DNA of 64,000 nt, from contig JAVBWN010000001.1 in the NCBI GenBank assembly GCA_036677365.1, forward strand, positions 1 to 64,000. Direction: 5' to 3'. A program made the translations under genes and the position numbers. This DNA comes from Acholeplasma sp. (lineage in GTDB: Bacteria > Bacillota_I > Bacilli_A > Acholeplasmatales > UBA5453). The notes below the pieces were generated by a model. The model was not told the origin of the DNA and searched no databases. It saw nothing but the letters and a program-made list of their open reading frames with translations. Below, in pieces: positions 61,435-64,000 of this stretch; within the stretch, counting starts at the first letter, position 1; every line of letters starts with the position of its first letter.

Positions 61435-61469
61435 TGTTATAATAAACATAGAGACTGAAAACGCTTTAC
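61435..61469 (+). promoter_or_regulatory. Extended -10 and downstream cre site of pckG-tdh
   Basis: TGTTATAAT followed by TGAAAACGCTTTAC (61456-61469). Confidence 0.6.
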
Positions 61470-61502
61470 TATAATTAGAACAAAGCACCTCGGAGGTAGG
61501 AA

Positions 61503-63290
61503 ATGATCAAAAATGAAACATTGTCCAACTGGATTTTTGACATGGCTCAACTGTGTCAACCCAAGGACATTTATTGGTGCAACGGGTCAGATATTGAATA
61601 CCAAACCATCGTTGACCAGTTGGTAAAAGACAAAAAAGCTGTAAAATTAAACGAATCCAAACGTCCCAATAGTTATGCGTTCTTCTCAGACCCAAGTGAT
61701 GTCGCTCGGGTGGAAGACAGAACGTTCATCGCTTCTATTTTAGAATCTGACAGTGGACCAACCAACAACTGGTATGAACCTAAAGCCTTGAAACAAAAAA
61801 TGACTGAACTATACAAAGGTTCGATGGTTGGTAGAACCATGTATGTGATCCCCTTCATCATGGGTCCAATTGGGGCGAAAATTGCTCAAATTGGGGTCCA
61901 ACTCACCGATTCACCGTATGTTGTATTAAATATGAGACTCATGACACGGATGGGATCGAAAATATTACGATTGATAGAAAATGGGGCACCCTTTGTCCCA
62001 TGTGTACATTCGGTGGGTTACCCACTCAATAATAGACCAGATTTACCTTGGCCATCCGCACCCATAGAACAAAAATACATCGCCCATTTTCCCGAAGAAC
62101 GTTTGATTTGGTCCTATGGTTCTGGGTATGGTGGTAACGCCTTATTGGGTAAAAAATGCCTCGCACTGAGGATTGCGAGTAAGATTGCGAAAGAAGAACA
62201 TTGGATGGCAGAACACATGCTCATCCTAAAAATAACCAACCCAACCGGGGTATCTAAATTCATTCTAGGGGCCTTTCCAAGTGCCTGTGGGAAAACCAAT
62301 TTAGCCATGTTGGTACCCACCATCCCTGGATGGAAAGTAGAAACCGTTGGCGATGACATCGCTTGGATCTTTAAAAAGAAAAATGGCAAGTTCTACGCCA
62401 TCAACCCAGAAAAGGGATTCTTTGGGGTAGCGAAAGGGACATCCTATCACACCAATCCAAACGCGATGAAGACGATTGAAAAAAACACGATTTTTACAAA
62501 TGTGGCGTTAACAGAAGATTTGGATGTTTGGTGGGAAGGTATGGGAGAGGCTCCAAATACCTTGATTGGATGGAAAAAAGAAATTTGGCATAAAGGGGAT
62601 AATAACCCAGCCGCCCATCCGAATTCACGCTTCACGGTAGGCATTGAACAAGCACCCAATTTAGCCAAAGAATATGATGACCCAGAAGGGGTTCTCATCA
62701 GTGCAATCCTAGTGGGTGGTAGACGTGCAAACACAATCCCACTGGTCACCGAATCGATGGATTACAACCACGGCATTTTCATGGGGTCGATGATGGGTTC
62801 TGAAATCACAGCGGCTGCGATATCCAATGACATTGGAAAAGTCAGACGTGACCCATTCGCGATGTTGCCATTCATTGGTTACCATGTAGCCGATTATTTG
62901 TCCCACTGGTTTGAAATGAAATCTGGGACAAAAGAGAAGGATTTACCAAAGTTTTATTATGTGAACTGGTTTAGAAAAGACGATCAAGGCGACTACATGT
63001 GGCCAGGCTATGGCGATAATGCCAGGGTATTAAAATGGATTTTTGAACGCTCAGAAGGCATGGCACAAGGCGTTCAAACACCGATCGGTATCATGCCGAA
63101 TTTGGATGATTTTGATACCTCAGGGTTAAATATTCAAAGAGAAACACTACAACAATTATTTGAAGTCGATAAAGCGGCGTGGCTCAAAGAGATGGCAGAA
63201 CTCAAAGATTATTATCAAAAATTAGGTGATAAGATGCCTCAAGCACTTTACGACGAACTCGAAAAACAAATTCAAAGATTAAACGCTTAG
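61503..63290 (+). CDS. pckG: Phosphoenolpyruvate carboxykinase (GTP)
   Basis: DVARVE, GSGYGGNALLGKKC, FPSACGKTNLAM, GDDIAW, NWFR. Confidence 0.96.
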   Translation: MIKNETLSNWIFDMAQLCQPKDIYWCNGSDIEYQTIVDQLVKDKKAVKLNESKRPNSYAFFSDPSDVARVEDRTFIASILESDSGPTNNWYEPKALKQKMTELYKGSMVGRTMYVIPFIMGPIGAKIAQIGVQLTDSPYVVLNMRLMTRMGSKILRLIENGAPFVPCVHSVGYPLNNRPDLPWPSAPIEQKYIAHFPEERLIWSYGSGYGGNALLGKKCLALRIASKIAKEEHWMAEHMLILKITNPTGVSKFILGAFPSACGKTNLAMLVPTIPGWKVETVGDDIAWIFKKKNGKFYAINPEKGFFGVAKGTSYHTNPNAMKTIEKNTIFTNVALTEDLDVWWEGMGEAPNTLIGWKKEIWHKGDNNPAAHPNSRFTVGIEQAPNLAKEYDDPEGVLISAILVGGRRANTIPLVTESMDYNHGIFMGSMMGSEITAAAISNDIGKVRRDPFAMLPFIGYHVADYLSHWFEMKSGTKEKDLPKFYYVNWFRKDDQGDYMWPGYGDNARVLKWIFERSEGMAQGVQTPIGIMPNLDDFDTSGLNIQRETLQQLFEVDKAAWLKEMAELKDYYQKLGDKMPQALYDELEKQIQRLNA

Positions 63291-63307
63291 ACGTTTGGGA
63301 GAACACT

Positions 63308-64000
63308 ATGGCAACCATGATGGCAATCATCAAAGCATCTCGTAGTAAAGGCTTAACCATTGTAGAAAAAGCAGTCCCTGAAACACTCAATGACCATGAG
63401 GTATTGATCGAAGTTTTGAGTGCGTCCTTATGTGGTACAGATGTCCACATTTATGAGTGGGACCCATGGGCAGCGAACCGCTTGAATCCGCCTTTAACCG
63501 TCGGTCATGAATTTTCTGGACGCGTCGTCAAAGTGGGTCCGAAAGTCGATCGTGTGAAAGTCGATGACATCGTATCATCTGAAACACACATCGTTTGTGG
63601 TCAATGTGAATTTTGTCGCACAGGTCGTGGTCATATTTGTCAAAATACCCAAATCATCGGGGTGGACCGTGATGGGTGTTTCGCCGAATTTATCCGCATG
63701 CCTGAATCCAATTTAATCATTGATAAGAGTGGGGTAGACCCAAAATTCTTATCTGTTTTGGAACCCCTTGGTAACGCGGTCCATACAATGTTACACTTCG
63801 ATATATCCTGTAAGACAGTCGCTGTGGTGGGCTGTGGTCCGATTGGACTGATGGGCATCAATGTGGCGAAAGCGGTAGGCGCGAAAAAAATCATCGCGAT
63901 TGAAGTGAACCCATTTAGAATGAATTTGGCGAGAGAACTGGGTGCCGATGTCATCATCAATCCTAAAGAAACCGATGTGATTGAAGCGGTCATGCGAGAA
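63308..64000 (+). CDS. tdh: L-threonine 3-dehydrogenase (truncated by the window end; absent from the ORF track)
   Basis: Manual translation gives MATMMAIIKA...SLCGTDVHIYEWDPWA...VGHEFSG...ETHIVCGQCEFC...EPLGNAVHT...GCGPIG. Confidence 0.9.
   Translation, partial: MATMMAIIKASRSKGLTIVEKAVPETLNDHEVLIEVLSASLCGTDVHIYEWDPWAANRLNPPLTVGHEFSGRVVKVGPKVDRVKVDDIVSSETHIVCGQCEFCRTGRGHICQNTQIIGVDRDGCFAEFIRMPESNLIIDKSGVDPKFLSVLEPLGNAVHTMLHFDISCKTVAVVGCGPIGLMGINVAKAVGAKKIIAIEVNPFRMNLARELGADVIINPKETDVIEAVMRE

Noticed and set aside
363-63450. Numerous 60-165 aa ORFs nested in or antisense to long genes
   Set aside because: Shadow frames of well-supported genes, with no motifs or RBS.
63640-63993. Minus-strand 117-aa ORF
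   Set aside because: Antisense shadow of tdh.
1-64000. CRISPR array, tRNA, rRNA, prophage or defence-system genes
   Set aside because: No regularly spaced repeats, cloverleaf or rRNA signatures, or phage/defence motifs were seen by eye.

Overview
Mostly core-chromosome DNA from a low-GC Bacillota-lineage bacterium using genetic code 11 (TGA is a stop). The gene set, the compact Bacillus-like synteny and the lack of any cell-wall synthesis gene in the window suggest an Acholeplasmataceae-type mollicute (inference). In order, the window contains: the left end of an IS3-family element; an S41 protease lipoprotein and an enlarged opp operon; an atypical orphan response regulator; a DUF1858/DUF438/YbaN operon; sufCDSUB; an MccF/S66 peptidase; msmX; a comK-like gene; pgk, ptsH and tpiA; rpsD, thiI and def; rpsP-khpA-(GGDEF)-rimM-trmD-rplS; ccpA; T-box-controlled tyrS and trpS flanking a compact single-module C-A-T-R NRPS; a c-di-AMP riboswitch ahead of a CPA2 antiporter and a PII-like gene; an AT-rich MacB-like gene; then pepF, spxA, guaC, a CYTH gene, ppnK, gap, pckG and a truncated tdh. 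Four observations stand out. (1) A complete transcription unit (cre site, perfect sigma-A promoter, variant c-di-GMP-I/GEMM riboswitch, ON-type platform) controls no ORF, only about 110 nt of hairpin-rich RNA converging on guaC. (2) The miniaturised NRPS. (3) A second candidate structured sRNA lies divergent from suf. (4) A dense set of cre sites links CcpA to the nucleotide-signalling genes. No rRNA, tRNA or CRISPR array was seen.
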